Below, one piece after another: positions 34,147 through 44,330 of a DNA stretch of 64,000 nt. Location: the NCBI GenBank assembly GCA_036000965.1, contig DASYUT010000078.1, forward strand, positions 8,837 to 72,836, given 5' to 3'. Made by a program: the position numbers and the translations under genes. The notes below the pieces were generated by a model. It was not told the origin of the DNA and did not search any database. It was given only the letters and a program-made list of their open reading frames with translations. The stretch comes from Actinomycetes bacterium. GTDB taxonomy: Bacteria > Actinomycetota > CALGFH01. Numbering within the stretch: the stretch's first letter is position 1; each line of letters begins with the position of its first letter.

Positions 34147-35710
34147 CGCGTAGCTTGAAGCGCTGGATCTTGCCGGTCGCGGTCTTGGGCAGCTCGTCGA
34201 CGAACAGCACCTGGCGTGGCCGCTTGAACGAGGCGAGCCGCTCCCGGCAGAAGTCGACCAGCTCGTCGGCCTTTGGCGTGCGGCCAGGCAGGAGGACCAC
34301 GTACGCGGCCGGCTCCGGCACCCCGTCGGCGCTGCGCCTGGCCACCACCGCCGCCTCGAGCACGTCGTCGTGCTGGACCAGGGTGGCCTCGACCTCGGCC
34401 GGGGAGACCCAGATGCCGCCCGCCTTGATCATGTCGTCGGACCGGCCGGCATAGGTGAACAGGCCGTCCTCGGTGCAGGTGTACACGTCGCCGGTGCGCA
34501 GCCACTCGCCCTGGAAGGTTCGCCGGCTCACCGCGGTCCGGCACCAGTAGCCGGTCGCCACAGACTCCCCGGACACCAGCAGGTGGCCGTTCTCACCCGG
34601 CGGGACGGGAGCGCCCTCGTCGTCGACCAGCCTGGCCTGGTAGCCGGGGACCACCTGGCCGGAGGTGCCCGGGCGGATGTCGCCCGGCCGGTTGGAGATG
34701 AAGATGTGCAGCGCCTCGGTGGTACCGATGCCGTCGAGGATCTCGACGCCGAAGCGGTCGGAGAACCGGTGGTACAGCCAGGCCGGGAGTGGTTCCCCGG
34801 CCGAGACGGCCAGCCGCACCGACGCGAACGTGTCAGGGGGCAGCTCGGCCGCGAGCAGCGCCGCGTAGAAGGTGGGCACCGCGAAGAACAGCGTCGGGCG
34901 GGCCCCGCGCACCGCCGCGGCCACCCCCTGCGGGGTCGGCCGGGCCGGGTCGAGGACGGTGGTGGCCCCGACCGACAGCGGGAAGGTCAGCGAGTTGCCC
35001 AGCCCGTAGGCGAAGAACAGCTTGGCCACCGAGTAGCAGCGGTCGTCCGGGGTGATCCCGAGCACCTGCCGGCCGTAGGTCTCGGCGGTGAAGGGCAGGT
35101 CGGCGTGGCGGTGCATGGCCGCCTTGGGCCGCCCGGTGGTGCCCGAGGTGTAGAGCCAGAAGGCGGGGGAGTCCGGCCAGGTCGGGTAGGCGGTGGTGGA
35201 CGCTCCCGCGCCCGCCAGCAGCTCGGCCAGGCGGTGGCGGCGCGTCCCCGCCGGCGTCTCGACCGCGCCGTCGCCGGCCACGACCAGGTCGGTCAGCTCC
35301 TCGGACGCCAGGCCGGCCATCTCGCCCACCGTCGGCGCCAGCGCGGCCGAGGCGACCGCCACCCGGGCGCGCGCGTCGCTGCACTGGAAGGCCAGCTCGG
35401 GCCCGGTCAGCATGGTGGACAGGGGCACCGGCACCGCGCCCAGGCGCAGCGCGCCGAGAAACGCGGCCACGAAGTCGGGCCCGTCCTCGAGCACCAGGGG
35501 CACCCGCTCCTCGGGCCGCACCCCGAGCCCGGCCAGCGCGGCCGCGGTGCGAGCGACCCGGCCGGCCAGGTCGGCGTAGGTGATGCGCTCCCCGCCGCAC
35601 TCGACCGCGACCCGGTCGCCGTCCCCGGCCTCGACCCGCCGGTCGAGCAGCCACTCGCTGGCGTTCAGCCTGCCGGCCGTCTGCCCACGGGCGTCCAGCC
35701 TGTCGGCCAT
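34136..35710 (-). CDS. Benzoate-CoA ligase-like AMP-dependent synthetase/ligase
   Basis: WLYTSGTTGRPKAAMHRH AMP-binding motif, GEWLRTGD, and a C-terminal lysine motif (GKIQRFKLR). Adjacent to boxB/boxC. Confidence 0.85.
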   Translation of the reverse strand: MADRLDARGQTAGRLNASEWLLDRRVEAGDGDRVAVECGGERITYADLAGRVARTAAALAGLGVRPEERVPLVLEDGPDFVAAFLGALRLGAVPVPLSTMLTGPELAFQCSDARARVAVASAALAPTVGEMAGLASEELTDLVVAGDGAVETPAGTRRHRLAELLAGAGASTTAYPTWPDSPAFWLYTSGTTGRPKAAMHRHADLPFTAETYGRQVLGITPDDRCYSVAKLFFAYGLGNSLTFPLSVGATTVLDPARPTPQGVAAAVRGARPTLFFAVPTFYAALLAAELPPDTFASVRLAVSAGEPLPAWLYHRFSDRFGVEILDGIGTTEALHIFISNRPGDIRPGTSGQVVPGYQARLVDDEGAPVPPGENGHLLVSGESVATGYWCRTAVSRRTFQGEWLRTGDVYTCTEDGLFTYAGRSDDMIKAGGIWVSPAEVEATLVQHDDVLEAAVVARRSADGVPEPAAYVVLLPGRTPKADELVDFCRERLASFKRPRQVLFVDELPKTATGKIQRFKLRDAP

Positions 35711-35753
35711 CTGCCCACCACCTCCCGTCGCTGCGCGGTCACCGACCCGCGCG

Positions 35754-37184
35754 TCAGCCGCGGCCGTGGAACTTCACATACTCGTAGCCCACCGGCTTGT
35801 CGTTGATGCCGGTGGCCGGGGGGGCGATCCAGTTGGCCATCTTCCCAGGCTCGGTGACCGGGTGCATGAGCGAGGCGACGTACTCGCGGTCGGCGTCGGT
35901 CGGCAGCCACTCGCCGACCCGCTGGTCCCACTCCTCCTGGCTCACGGGCCGGCCCTCCGGGGAGATCCGGGTGCCGGCGAACACGCCGACCTGCCGGTTG
36001 AAGCCGCGGTGGGGCAGGTTGATCCGGAAGTCGGGCCCGGCCTTGGCGATGATCTTGTTCCAGCTGTTGACCCCGCGCTGGCAGTCGTCGACGTAGTCGT
36101 CGCGCAGGCACTCGTTCATGGCGTTCCGCGCGGGCGCCTCGACCGTGCCGATGCGCCCGCCGTCGAACTCGGGAACCGGGTAGGTGGCGCCGAGCAGGCG
36201 GTGGTCGTCGTTGCGCCTGGTCTCCTGGAAGCGGCCCTTCAGGCCGGCGGTGAAGTAGCTGGCCGCGTTGCTGGACAGCTCGTTGCCGAACAGGTCCAGC
36301 GAGACGCTGAAGTGCAGGTTCACGTACTTCTGGACCAAGGGCAGGTCGATGCCGCCGTGGCGGCGGACGTCGTCGGTCGCACCCGCCTCGCGGGCCAGCT
36401 CGCAGGCGCGCTGGATCACCCGGGCGATGCCGGTGGTGCCGATGAACATGTGGTGCGCCTCCTCCCGCAGCATGAACTGCACCGTGCGGGAGAGCGGGTC
36501 GAAGGCGCTCTCGGCCAGGGAGGCGAGCTGGTACTTGCCGTCCCGGTCGGTGAAGAAGGTGAACATGAAGAACGACAGCCAGTCGGGGGTCGGCTCGTTG
36601 AACGCACCCAGGATCCGCGGCTTGTCGGCGTCCCCGGAGCTCCGCTCGAGCAGCGCCTCGGCCTCGTCGCGGCCGTCCCGCCCGAAGTAGGCGTCGAGCA
36701 GGTAGACCATGGCCCACAGGTGCCTGCCCTCCTCGACGTTGACCTGGAAGATGTTGCGCAGGTCGTACAGGCTCGGGCAGGTGTGCCCGAGGTGGCGCTG
36801 CTGCTCGACCGAGGCGGGCTCGGTGTCGCCCTGGACGACGATCAGGCGGCGCAGCGGGTTGCGGAACTCGCCCGGCACCTCCTGCCAGACCGGCTGGTCC
36901 TTGAACTCGCCGTGGCTGATGCGGCGGTCAGGGTCGGGGTCGGTGAGGAAGATGCCCCAGCGGTAGTCGGGCAGCTTCACGTACCCCCAGGCCGACTCGC
37001 GCTTGATGTCGGTGGAGATGGCGGTGCGCAGGTAGACGTCGTCGCCCTGGAACCCGACCGGTCCCATCTCGTGCCACCACTGCATGTACTTCGGCTGCCA
37101 CGACTCGAGGGCGCGGAGCAGGCGGCGGTTGTCGGAGAGGCTGACGTTGTTCGGGATCTGCTGCTGGTAGTCGATCCGCGACAC
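35754..37184 (-). CDS. boxB: Benzoyl-CoA 2,3-epoxidase (oxygenase) subunit B
   Basis: Starts (V)SRIDYQQQIPNNVSLSDNRRLLRALESWQP, like BoxB. Diiron-type MLREEAHHMF. 476 aa. Only the C-terminal half of the 925-aa track ORF is real. Confidence 0.92.
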   Translation of the reverse strand: MSRIDYQQQIPNNVSLSDNRRLLRALESWQPKYMQWWHEMGPVGFQGDDVYLRTAISTDIKRESAWGYVKLPDYRWGIFLTDPDPDRRISHGEFKDQPVWQEVPGEFRNPLRRLIVVQGDTEPASVEQQRHLGHTCPSLYDLRNIFQVNVEEGRHLWAMVYLLDAYFGRDGRDEAEALLERSSGDADKPRILGAFNEPTPDWLSFFMFTFFTDRDGKYQLASLAESAFDPLSRTVQFMLREEAHHMFIGTTGIARVIQRACELAREAGATDDVRRHGGIDLPLVQKYVNLHFSVSLDLFGNELSSNAASYFTAGLKGRFQETRRNDDHRLLGATYPVPEFDGGRIGTVEAPARNAMNECLRDDYVDDCQRGVNSWNKIIAKAGPDFRINLPHRGFNRQVGVFAGTRISPEGRPVSQEEWDQRVGEWLPTDADREYVASLMHPVTEPGKMANWIAPPATGINDKPVGYEYVKFHGRG

Positions 37185-37189
37185 GCCGA

Positions 37190-38953
37190 TCACACCCTTC
37201 TCGGGTCGAAGTTGGGGCGCGTGCCGGTGCCGAAGCGGCGCAGCGCCCCTTCCTCGCCGGCCGCGTTGGGGCGCTGGAACACCCAGTTCTGCCAGGCCGA
37301 CAGGCGGCCGAAGACCTTGGTCTCGATGGTCTCGGGGCCGCCGAAGCGCAGGGACGCCTCCATGCCGGTGAGCGCGTCCGGGGAGAGGCTGGCCCGCTCC
37401 TCGAGTGCGAGGCGGACCTCGTCGGCCCAGTCGATGTCGTCGTAGGTGAAGGTGACCAGCCCGAGCGCGTCGGCCTCGGCCGCCTCCAGCGGCTCGCCGA
37501 GCCGGGCGCTGGCCGCCTCCAGCTCGTCGGGGCGGTCCAGGAAGCGGTTCTCGAGCCGGGACAGCCCGTTGGCCGCCGGCAGGGGGCCGAGGTTCATCCC
37601 GGTGAGCGACAGGGTCGCTGGAGGGGTGTCGGCCCGATCCTCCGGGGCACCCCCTCGCCCCACCCGGGCACCCGTGCCGGGTCCCCCGGGCCCCTCCGGA
37701 TCGAAGCTCCCTTCCAGCATGAAGGTGCGGTCGGCGGCCAGGGCCAGCTCGAGAAGCGTGCCGGTGAAGCAGCTCCCCGGCTCGACCAGCGCGACCAGGC
37801 TGCGGGAGGTGAGGTCCAGGCGCTTGAGCGTCCGCTTGAGGTGCAGGACGACCTCGCGCACGAACCAGTCGCCGTCGTGGGTGAGCAGCGCCTGGTCCAC
37901 GGCCGCGACCGCGGCTGGGTCGCCCTCGGTGCGCAGCACCCAGGTGCCGAGCTCCAGCTCGTTGAAGCGGAGGAGCAGGATCGCGTCGTCGAGCTCGCGG
38001 GCGACCGCCAGCGGCCACCAGGCCGCGCCGGCCGCGTGGATGCCGTCGAGATGGGCCGGCTGGGGTTCGCGGGGCCCGCGCACGGTAAAGGTGGCCAGCC
38101 GCGCGCCACGGTCCAGCTCGACGGTGACGTTCGGCCAGGCCAGGCGGGTGCCGTCCAGGTTGCGTTCCAGGGGCGGCAGGGGCACCCCAGCCGCGTCGGC
38201 GGGCCGGTCGGAGCGGGCGGCCAGCTCCTCGGCGCGGGCGCGGACCGCCTCGGCCAGGCGGCTCCGGGGCGCCAGCTCGTCGACCAGCCGCCACGCCACG
38301 GCCCGGGCGCCGCGCACGCCCTCGGCGACCGTGCAGACGAAGTCGGCGTGGTCGCGCCGCACCCCGCGCTTGTCCACGATGCGGGTCAGCCCGCCGGTGC
38401 CGGGCAGCACGCCGAGCAGCGGGACCTCGGGCAGGGACACGGCGCTGGCGCCGTCGTCGACGAGCAGGATGTGCTCGCAGGCCAGGGCCAGCTCGTAGCC
38501 GCCCCCGGAGGCAGTGCCGTTGACCGCGCACAGCCAGACCTGGCCGGAATGGACGCTGGCATCCTCGATGGCGTTGCGGGTCTCGTTGGTGAACTTGCAG
38601 AAGTTGACCTTGAAGGGGTGGGGAGCCTGGGCGAGCATGCGGATGTTGGCCCCGGCACAGAAGACCCCGTCCTTGCCGCTGGTGAGCACGACCGCGCGCA
38701 CCTCGGGATGCTCGAAGCGCAGGCGCTGGACGGCGTCGTGCAGCTCGATGTCGACACCGAGGTCGTAGGAGTTCAGCTTCAGGGTGTAGCCGGGGTGCAG
38801 CCCCCCGTCCTCCTGGGTGGCCAGGGCGAGGGTGGCCACGGGCCCGTCGACGGCGAGAGTCCAGTGGCGGTAGCGGCTGGGATCGGTGTCGAAGCTGACC
38901 CAGGGGGCGCCGTCCGGACCGGCGACCGGCGCTGCCGTCTCAGCGAGGCGCAT
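37190..38953 (-). CDS. boxC: 2,3-epoxybenzoyl-CoA dihydrolase / benzoyl-CoA-dihydrodiol lyase (crotonase fold)
   Basis: ..YRHW.L.VDGPVATL....LNSYDLGVDIEL.DA.QR.RFEHPEV..VV.TS.KD.VFCAGANI.. and VNGTASGGGYELALACE. 587 aa. Confidence 0.9.
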   Translation of the reverse strand: MRLAETAAPVAGPDGAPWVSFDTDPSRYRHWTLAVDGPVATLALATQEDGGLHPGYTLKLNSYDLGVDIELHDAVQRLRFEHPEVRAVVLTSGKDGVFCAGANIRMLAQAPHPFKVNFCKFTNETRNAIEDASVHSGQVWLCAVNGTASGGGYELALACEHILLVDDGASAVSLPEVPLLGVLPGTGGLTRIVDKRGVRRDHADFVCTVAEGVRGARAVAWRLVDELAPRSRLAEAVRARAEELAARSDRPADAAGVPLPPLERNLDGTRLAWPNVTVELDRGARLATFTVRGPREPQPAHLDGIHAAGAAWWPLAVARELDDAILLLRFNELELGTWVLRTEGDPAAVAAVDQALLTHDGDWFVREVVLHLKRTLKRLDLTSRSLVALVEPGSCFTGTLLELALAADRTFMLEGSFDPEGPGGPGTGARVGRGGAPEDRADTPPATLSLTGMNLGPLPAANGLSRLENRFLDRPDELEAASARLGEPLEAAEADALGLVTFTYDDIDWADEVRLALEERASLSPDALTGMEASLRFGGPETIETKVFGRLSAWQNWVFQRPNAAGEEGALRRFGTGTRPNFDPRRV

Positions 38954-39041
38954 GGCTTGCCCTCTTCCAGCTCGTCGCGTCTCACTATTGTGCTACATCC
39001 GCGCGGCTGCCGTAAAGAGACTGTCGTATATTTCTCGGTGC

Positions 39042-40220
39042 TCAGGCGGCGCAGGCGCCGGTCGGGACCGCCCCGGCGCGGCTCCCGGCGGCGGCCAGGG
39101 TGGCCCGCAGCTCCGCGTTGGTCAGCGCGAACCCCTCCTGGTCGTCGAGCTTGGAGGCCGCGAACACCACGCCGAGGGCCCGGCCGTTCCTGTCCACCAC
39201 CGGGCCGCCGCTGTCGCCCCTGCGGACCACGGCCCGCAGCACGTAGATCTGCCGCGTCACCAGGGAGCGGGAGTAGATGTCACGGCCCCTCGCCACCGTC
39301 TTGGAGTACACCTGGGCGCCCACCACCTGCTGGCGCCCGCCGCCCGGGTAGCCGATGACCGCTCCGGGCACCGGCGGGGTCACGTCGGCCAGGGTCAACG
39401 GCCGCAGCTTGAGCCCCGGCACCCGCAGCAGGGCCAGGTCGCGCTTGGAGTCGAACCAGACGACCCTGGCCGCGAACCGCTGCCTGCCGTTGCTCAGGCG
39501 GACATGGTGGTCGCGGGTGCCGGCGACCACGTGGGCGTTGGTGACGACGTAGTTGCCGGGCACCGGGAAGCCGCTGCCGAACAGCAGGCCGCCACAGCCC
39601 TCGCCCTCGATCCGCAGCGTCACGGCGGAGGCGCGCGTGATCCCGGGCGTCTTCGCCGCCAGGGGCGGATCCCCGGAGGTCTGCGGCGGACGCAGGCTGG
39701 CGAACGCGTCCGGGAACGGCGAGCGGGCCAGGATGCCGCGCAGCTCGGCCAGGGCGGCGGGCGGGCGGGGCGCGTGCTGGTCGATGGTGGTGAGGATCAC
39801 CGAGTTGGCCACCGCCTTCGACACCTGCGGCACCGAGCCGGACAGCGTCAGGCCGACGAACCAGAGCGCGATCGCGGCCACGGCGGCGGCCACCACCGCC
39901 CCGCCCACGGAGTCCAGGCGGGAGGTGAGCTGGCCGTCCAGGGCGTCGCGGGCGATCTTGCCCAGGCGGATCGCGACGGTGTGGCAGACGGCCGCGACCG
40001 TGAAGAACACGGCGACACCGATGAAGATGCGGCGCAGCGAGTCCTCGCTGGAGATCACCAGCCCGACCCGGGTCGCGGCCCAGGCGCCGAGGGCGAGCCC
40101 GACGAGCAGCCCGGCATAGCCGAGCACGACGACGGTGAAGCCCCGCCGCCAGCCGCTCAGCGCGGCCAGGATCAGGACGATGCCGAGCAGGACGTCGAGA
40201 GGATGCGAGCGTAGGAGCAT
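39042..40220 (-). CDS. marP: MarP-like membrane serine protease (CvpA-type 4-TM domain plus chymotrypsin-fold protease)
   Basis: N-terminal CvpA-like TM helices. Protease triad contexts TNAHVV, RDLALLRV and GDSGGPVV. Confidence 0.88.
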   Translation of the reverse strand: MLLRSHPLDVLLGIVLILAALSGWRRGFTVVVLGYAGLLVGLALGAWAATRVGLVISSEDSLRRIFIGVAVFFTVAAVCHTVAIRLGKIARDALDGQLTSRLDSVGGAVVAAAVAAIALWFVGLTLSGSVPQVSKAVANSVILTTIDQHAPRPPAALAELRGILARSPFPDAFASLRPPQTSGDPPLAAKTPGITRASAVTLRIEGEGCGGLLFGSGFPVPGNYVVTNAHVVAGTRDHHVRLSNGRQRFAARVVWFDSKRDLALLRVPGLKLRPLTLADVTPPVPGAVIGYPGGGRQQVVGAQVYSKTVARGRDIYSRSLVTRQIYVLRAVVRRGDSGGPVVDRNGRALGVVFAASKLDDQEGFALTNAELRATLAAAGSRAGAVPTGACAA

Positions 40221-40413
40221 TGGTGGCGCTGACCTTCGTCGAGGCGTGGCCGCACGGCCACCGAACGGGAGGAGCTGGCGAGCGGGACATAGTGGACCAG
40301 AACCGGACCCTCCAAGGCGAGCCCCCTGCTCGTCGCCTGGGATCCGCGGATGCCTAATCCGGCCCGGTGGCCCTGCCGATTGAGGGGTTGATCAAGCCCC
40401 CGGCTCGGGAACC

Positions 40414-40629
40414 GTGAACGTGATGAGCGCATCGGGAGAGAACCCACGTCCCCTGTTGTCCCTGGCCGCGGCCCGGGCGCTGTTCCGCACCCCACAGCCC
40501 GAGGACACCTGCTGGGCCGACGTGCACATGCCGGACGGGACGGTGCGCGCCTGCGGCCGCCAGGAAGCGACCTCGCTGGGGCTGTGCGCCGACCACCGCG
40601 TCGAGCTGTTCGGCTCCGGGGCGTCGTGA
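40414..40629 (+). CDS. Hypothetical 71-aa protein (GTG start)
   Basis: ORF track only. Confidence 0.3.
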   Translation: MNVMSASGENPRPLLSLAAARALFRTPQPEDTCWADVHMPDGTVRACGRQEATSLGLCADHRVELFGSGAS

Positions 40630-40641
40630 CGCGGGAGGCGT

Positions 40642-42018
40642 TCACCGGCAGTCCCGCAGGGTGTCCTCGATCCGCTCGCTGAGCTTGCGCACCGAGATGA
40701 GCACCGGGTCCCAGACCGGCGCGAAGGGCGGTGCGTAGGACAGGTCGAGGTGGACCATGTCGTCGACGGTCATGCGGTTCCACAGTGCGGTGGCGAACAC
40801 GTCGATCCGCTTGGCGGCGCCCTCCCGGCCGACGATCTGGGCGCCGAGGAGCCGGCCGGAGCGCCGCTCGGCGATCACCTTGGTCCGGATCGGGGCCGCG
40901 CCCGGGAAGTAACCGGCCCGGGTGGTCGAGTCGACCGAAACGGTCTCGTACTCAAGCCCGAGCGGGGCCAGCTCGGCCTCTGACAGCCCGGTCCGGGCCA
41001 CCTCGACCGGCCAGATCTGGGTCACCGCGGTCCCCAGTGCGCCCGGGAAGGTGGCGTACCCGCCGCCCAGGTTGATGCCGCAGACCCGGCCCTGCTTGTT
41101 GGCGATCGTGCCCAGGTGGTAGTTGACCGGCGCGCCGGAGACCAGGTGGCGCGTTTCCACGCAGTCCCCGGCCGCCCAGACGCCCTCCTGCGGCGTCTGC
41201 ATGCGGGGCCCGACCACGATCGCGCCGGTCTGGCCGATGGCGATGCCGGCCTCGTGGGCCAGGCGGGTGGCGGGCCGCGTGCCGAGGCCGAGCACGACGA
41301 GGTCGGCGGGCAGGGTCCGGGCGGCGGTGCGCACCGCGCGCACCCGGCTGCCGCCCTCGACCGCCTCGACCTTCTCGTCGGTGAAGACCTCCACGCCGGC
41401 CTCGCGCAGGGCCTCGCCGACCAGCGCCCCCATGTCCGGGTCGACGCTGCTCATCACCTCGGGGCCCTGCTCGACCAGGGAGGTGGGCACGCCCCGGTAG
41501 ACGAGCGCCTCGGCCACCTCGAGCCCGATGTAGCCGCCGCCGATGACGACCGCCCGGTCCGGCTTGGCGTCCACTGCCCGGCGCAGGTCGATGCCGTCCT
41601 GGAGGATCGAGAGGCCGTGGACGCCTGGCAGGTCGATGCCGGGCAGCGGCGGCCGGATCGGCTCCGAGCCGGTGGCGACCACCAGCACGTCCCACGGTTC
41701 GTCGAAGGTCCTCCCGCCGGCCAGCTCGCGCACGCGCACCCGCCCGGCCACCAGGTCGACCTCCTCGACCAGGTGGCCGGTGCGGGCGTCGATGCCCTGC
41801 TCGGCGAACTGGGCCGGGTTCCGGGTGATCAGCTCGTTCCAGTCCGCGACCACGCCGCCGGCGTAGTAGGGCAGCCCGCAGGCCGAGTAGGAGGTGTGTG
41901 GCCCCCGCTCGAACGCCACGATCTCGAGGTCAGAGGCGGGCCGGCGCCGGCGCGCCTGCGATGCCGCACTCATGCCGGCGGCGTCCCCGCCGACCACGAC
42001 CATCCGGGTGCGCGCCAT
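40642..42018 (-). CDS. FAD-dependent pyridine nucleotide-disulfide oxidoreductase (CoA-disulfide reductase / NADH oxidase family)
   Basis: VVVGGDAAGMSAA dinucleotide fold. Single redox Cys context SYSACGLPYY. Second GGGYIGLE fold. ATG 42018 follows AAGGAG. Confidence 0.85.
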   Translation of the reverse strand: MARTRMVVVGGDAAGMSAASQARRRRPASDLEIVAFERGPHTSYSACGLPYYAGGVVADWNELITRNPAQFAEQGIDARTGHLVEEVDLVAGRVRVRELAGGRTFDEPWDVLVVATGSEPIRPPLPGIDLPGVHGLSILQDGIDLRRAVDAKPDRAVVIGGGYIGLEVAEALVYRGVPTSLVEQGPEVMSSVDPDMGALVGEALREAGVEVFTDEKVEAVEGGSRVRAVRTAARTLPADLVVLGLGTRPATRLAHEAGIAIGQTGAIVVGPRMQTPQEGVWAAGDCVETRHLVSGAPVNYHLGTIANKQGRVCGINLGGGYATFPGALGTAVTQIWPVEVARTGLSEAELAPLGLEYETVSVDSTTRAGYFPGAAPIRTKVIAERRSGRLLGAQIVGREGAAKRIDVFATALWNRMTVDDMVHLDLSYAPPFAPVWDPVLISVRKLSERIEDTLRDCR

Positions 42019-42122
42019 GGCCCTGCTCCTTGGGAAGGCTCGACCGCTTCTCACTAGTCTGCCCGATTCCGGTGACGGCGGTGCCCCGGTGAACCTGAAC
42101 CCGCCCGGATAGGATCAGCGCC

Positions 42123-42620
42123 GTGCGCTACGTGGTGAAGCAGTCGCTGCTGGCCCGGGCGAGCGACTACTCGATCAGGGACGAGGCGGGCCGGGACGCC
42201 TTCGTGGTCCATGGCCGGGCGTCCCTGCTCGGCCGCAGGCTCTCGGTCAAGGACGCGACCGGCATCGAGGTCGCGGTCGTGCGCCAGCGCAAGATGGCGC
42301 TGCGGCCCCGGTACGAGGTGGTGCGCGGCGGCCGGGTGGCCGCGGTGGTCAAGGCGGTGCCGTTCACCTCGGGGCGGCGGTTCACGGTCGACACCCCGGG
42401 CCAGGCCGGCTTCCGGGTCACCGGCAACTTCTTCGCCAACGACTACCTGCTCTCGCGCGGGGACCGCCGGGTGGCCAGGGTCTCCAAGGAGCTGTTCACG
42501 ATGACCGACACCTACGCCGTGGACGTCGTCGAGGGCGAGGACCAGGTCGTGGTGCTCGCCACCGCCGTGGTCATCGACCTGGTCTGCCACCAGCCGGGGA
42601 GCGGCCCCCAGTCGCGGTAG
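42123..42620 (+). CDS. LURP-one-related (DUF567, tubby C-terminal-like) family protein
   Basis: Size and pattern: ..Y.I.DE.G...F.V.G......R.L...D..G.E...V.Q......P.YE......FT...Y.VDV..G.D..L..A..V..D (recall). Confidence 0.7.
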   Translation: MRYVVKQSLLARASDYSIRDEAGRDAFVVHGRASLLGRRLSVKDATGIEVAVVRQRKMALRPRYEVVRGGRVAAVVKAVPFTSGRRFTVDTPGQAGFRVTGNFFANDYLLSRGDRRVARVSKELFTMTDTYAVDVVEGEDQVVVLATAVVIDLVCHQPGSGPQSR

Positions 42621-42634
42621 GAAAGGAGCCAGAC

Positions 42635-42997
42635 ATGGCCAAGCTGCTCTTCCACTGCACCCACGGCGCCGACGACCCGGAGCGCGCCATCGTCCCGTTC
42701 ATCGCCGCCAGCGTGGCCGCCGCCTCCGGCCAGGAGGCGGTCGTGCTGCTGACCGCCGAGGGCGCCTGGCTCTGCCAGCGGGGGTACGCCGACACGGTCC
42801 GCCTCGACGGCTACCCGGACCTCGGGCCCCTCCTGGCCGACTTCGTGGCCGCCGGCGGGGCGATCTGGGGGTGCAGCGCGTGCACCACCCCCCGCGGCAT
42901 CACCGCCGACCAACTCGTGCCCGGGGCGACCATCGTCGGTGCCGCCGCCATCGTCGAGGCGGTGGTCCAGGGCGCGACCCCGGTCGCGCTCGGCTGA
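42635..42997 (+). CDS. DsrE/DsrF-like family protein
   Basis: 120 aa. KLLFHCTHGADDPERA...LL..EG......G....CSAC. AAAGGAG RBS. Confidence 0.65.
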   Translation: MAKLLFHCTHGADDPERAIVPFIAASVAAASGQEAVVLLTAEGAWLCQRGYADTVRLDGYPDLGPLLADFVAAGGAIWGCSACTTPRGITADQLVPGATIVGAAAIVEAVVQGATPVALG

Positions 42998-43089
42998 CCG
43001 GGGAGCCGCTTCCGCGAACCACCCCGGAGCGACAAAGCACCGCCCGGAGAGCCAACCGGGAATTCTCTGCCTGCAGGCAGAGGAGGATG

Positions 43090-43632
43090 TCAGAACGGGG
43101 CGGTCTGGCCGACCGGTTCCTCGAGGCACCGGGCCAGCAGGTCGGCGACCTCCTGGGCGGGCGTGGCCAGGGGCGGGTCGGCCTCGGCGTCCTCGGGGCC
43201 GAAGAATGTGAGCACGGCGGTCACCTCCCCCCCGGCGACCACCGGTACCGCCAGCCCCACTCGCAGGCCCGCCTTGCGGGCCGCGGTCGGCCGGCAGAAC
43301 TCGGGGTCGACGGTGACGTCGGGCACGAGCACGAGCTGCCGCGTGTGCGCGGCCCGGCCCGGCAGGCCGGTGCCCGGCGTGAACGCCAGCGCCTCGGTCG
43401 GCGGCCGGAAGTGCCTGGCGCAGGCCTGGTTGCCATACCAGGCCTGGTGGAGCCCGAGCCCGTCGCCGTCGGGATCGGGCACCCAGATCTCGGCGTAGCT
43501 CCAACGGGCGCGCTCGCACGTCTCGCGCAGGATGCGGGGAAGATCGAGGCCATCCAGCGGCCCCGGCAGGCTGGGAGTGGGAGATGGGCGTGGCGGGCGG
43601 ACCTGTCGGGCCCGGTGGGGTGCGGGATGCAT
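43090..43632 (-). CDS. GAF domain-containing protein
   Basis: ..YAEIWVPD....L......G..LPGRA..T...V.V.DV..DP.F.R...A...GL..GLAVPV..GG.V.AVL.FF.. is a typical GAF core (recall). Confidence 0.6.
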   Translation of the reverse strand: MHPAPHRARQVRPPRPSPTPSLPGPLDGLDLPRILRETCERARWSYAEIWVPDPDGDGLGLHQAWYGNQACARHFRPPTEALAFTPGTGLPGRAAHTRQLVLVPDVTVDPEFCRPTAARKAGLRVGLAVPVVAGGEVTAVLTFFGPEDAEADPPLATPAQEVADLLARCLEEPVGQTAPF

Positions 43633-43901
43633 GGCGTCCCCTTATCAGCAGGGCTGACGTCGAAAGACCGGTTCGAAGTTGGGGGACCCTGTGACCATGA
43701 TCGTAGGATACGAACGGTGGAACGACCAGGTCGTTCCGAACGGTTCTTATCCAACGCTCAGCTGTACAGGCCGGGGATGGGGGATGGGCCGGACCCGGTC
43801 CTATCCAGAAGAGCATACGACAGAAATATCCCAAGAGACCAGAGCAGACCGAATGCTTCTTCTGGCCTTGCCGCCTCAGGGAGGCCGCTGGCCTTGGCGC
43901 C

Positions 43902-44330
43902 TCAGGGGAGGCCGCGCAGGTCCAGCTCGGTGGAGGAGACGGCGGCCCCGCAGCGGGAGCAGGACGACCGCGTGAGCACCCGCCCTCCGCAGCCGGCATG
44001 GGTGGCAAGAGCGGAGGACGGCTCTCCGTAGTGCCGCATGCCCCAGGCGGCCAGGCTGGCCAGGACCGGGGCCAGGTCGCGGCCCTTGGCGGTCAGCCGG
44101 TAGCCCCGGTCGCCGGGGGCGCGCACGGCGACGCCCTCGTCCTCCAGCAGGCGCAGCCGCTCCGCGAGCAGGTTCGAGGGGATCCCGGGCAGCGCCCGCT
44201 CCAGCTCGGCGTAGCGGGCAGTGCCCAGCAGGAGCTCGCGGATGACGAGCAGCGTCCACCGGTCCCCGACCGTCTCGAGGGAGCGGGCGACCGGTCCGGG
44301 CAACGGGTAGCGCTTCGTCACGATCGGCAC
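43902..44330 (-). CDS. HxlR family transcriptional regulator with a Cys-rich C-terminal tail (start uncertain)
   Basis: CPVARSLE-like PGPVARSLETVGDRWTLLVIRELLLGTARY.ELER.LPGI.SN.L..RL..LE..G.V. Confidence 0.8.
   Translation of the reverse strand: MPIVTKRYPLPGPVARSLETVGDRWTLLVIRELLLGTARYAELERALPGIPSNLLAERLRLLEDEGVAVRAPGDRGYRLTAKGRDLAPVLASLAAWGMRHYGEPSSALATHAGCGGRVLTRSSCSRCGAAVSSTELDLRGLP

Noticed and set aside
37185-38531. N-terminal 448 aa of the 925-aa ORF 35754-38531
   Set aside because: Overlaps boxC in another frame and is Arg/Pro junk. BoxB similarity begins at GTG 37184.
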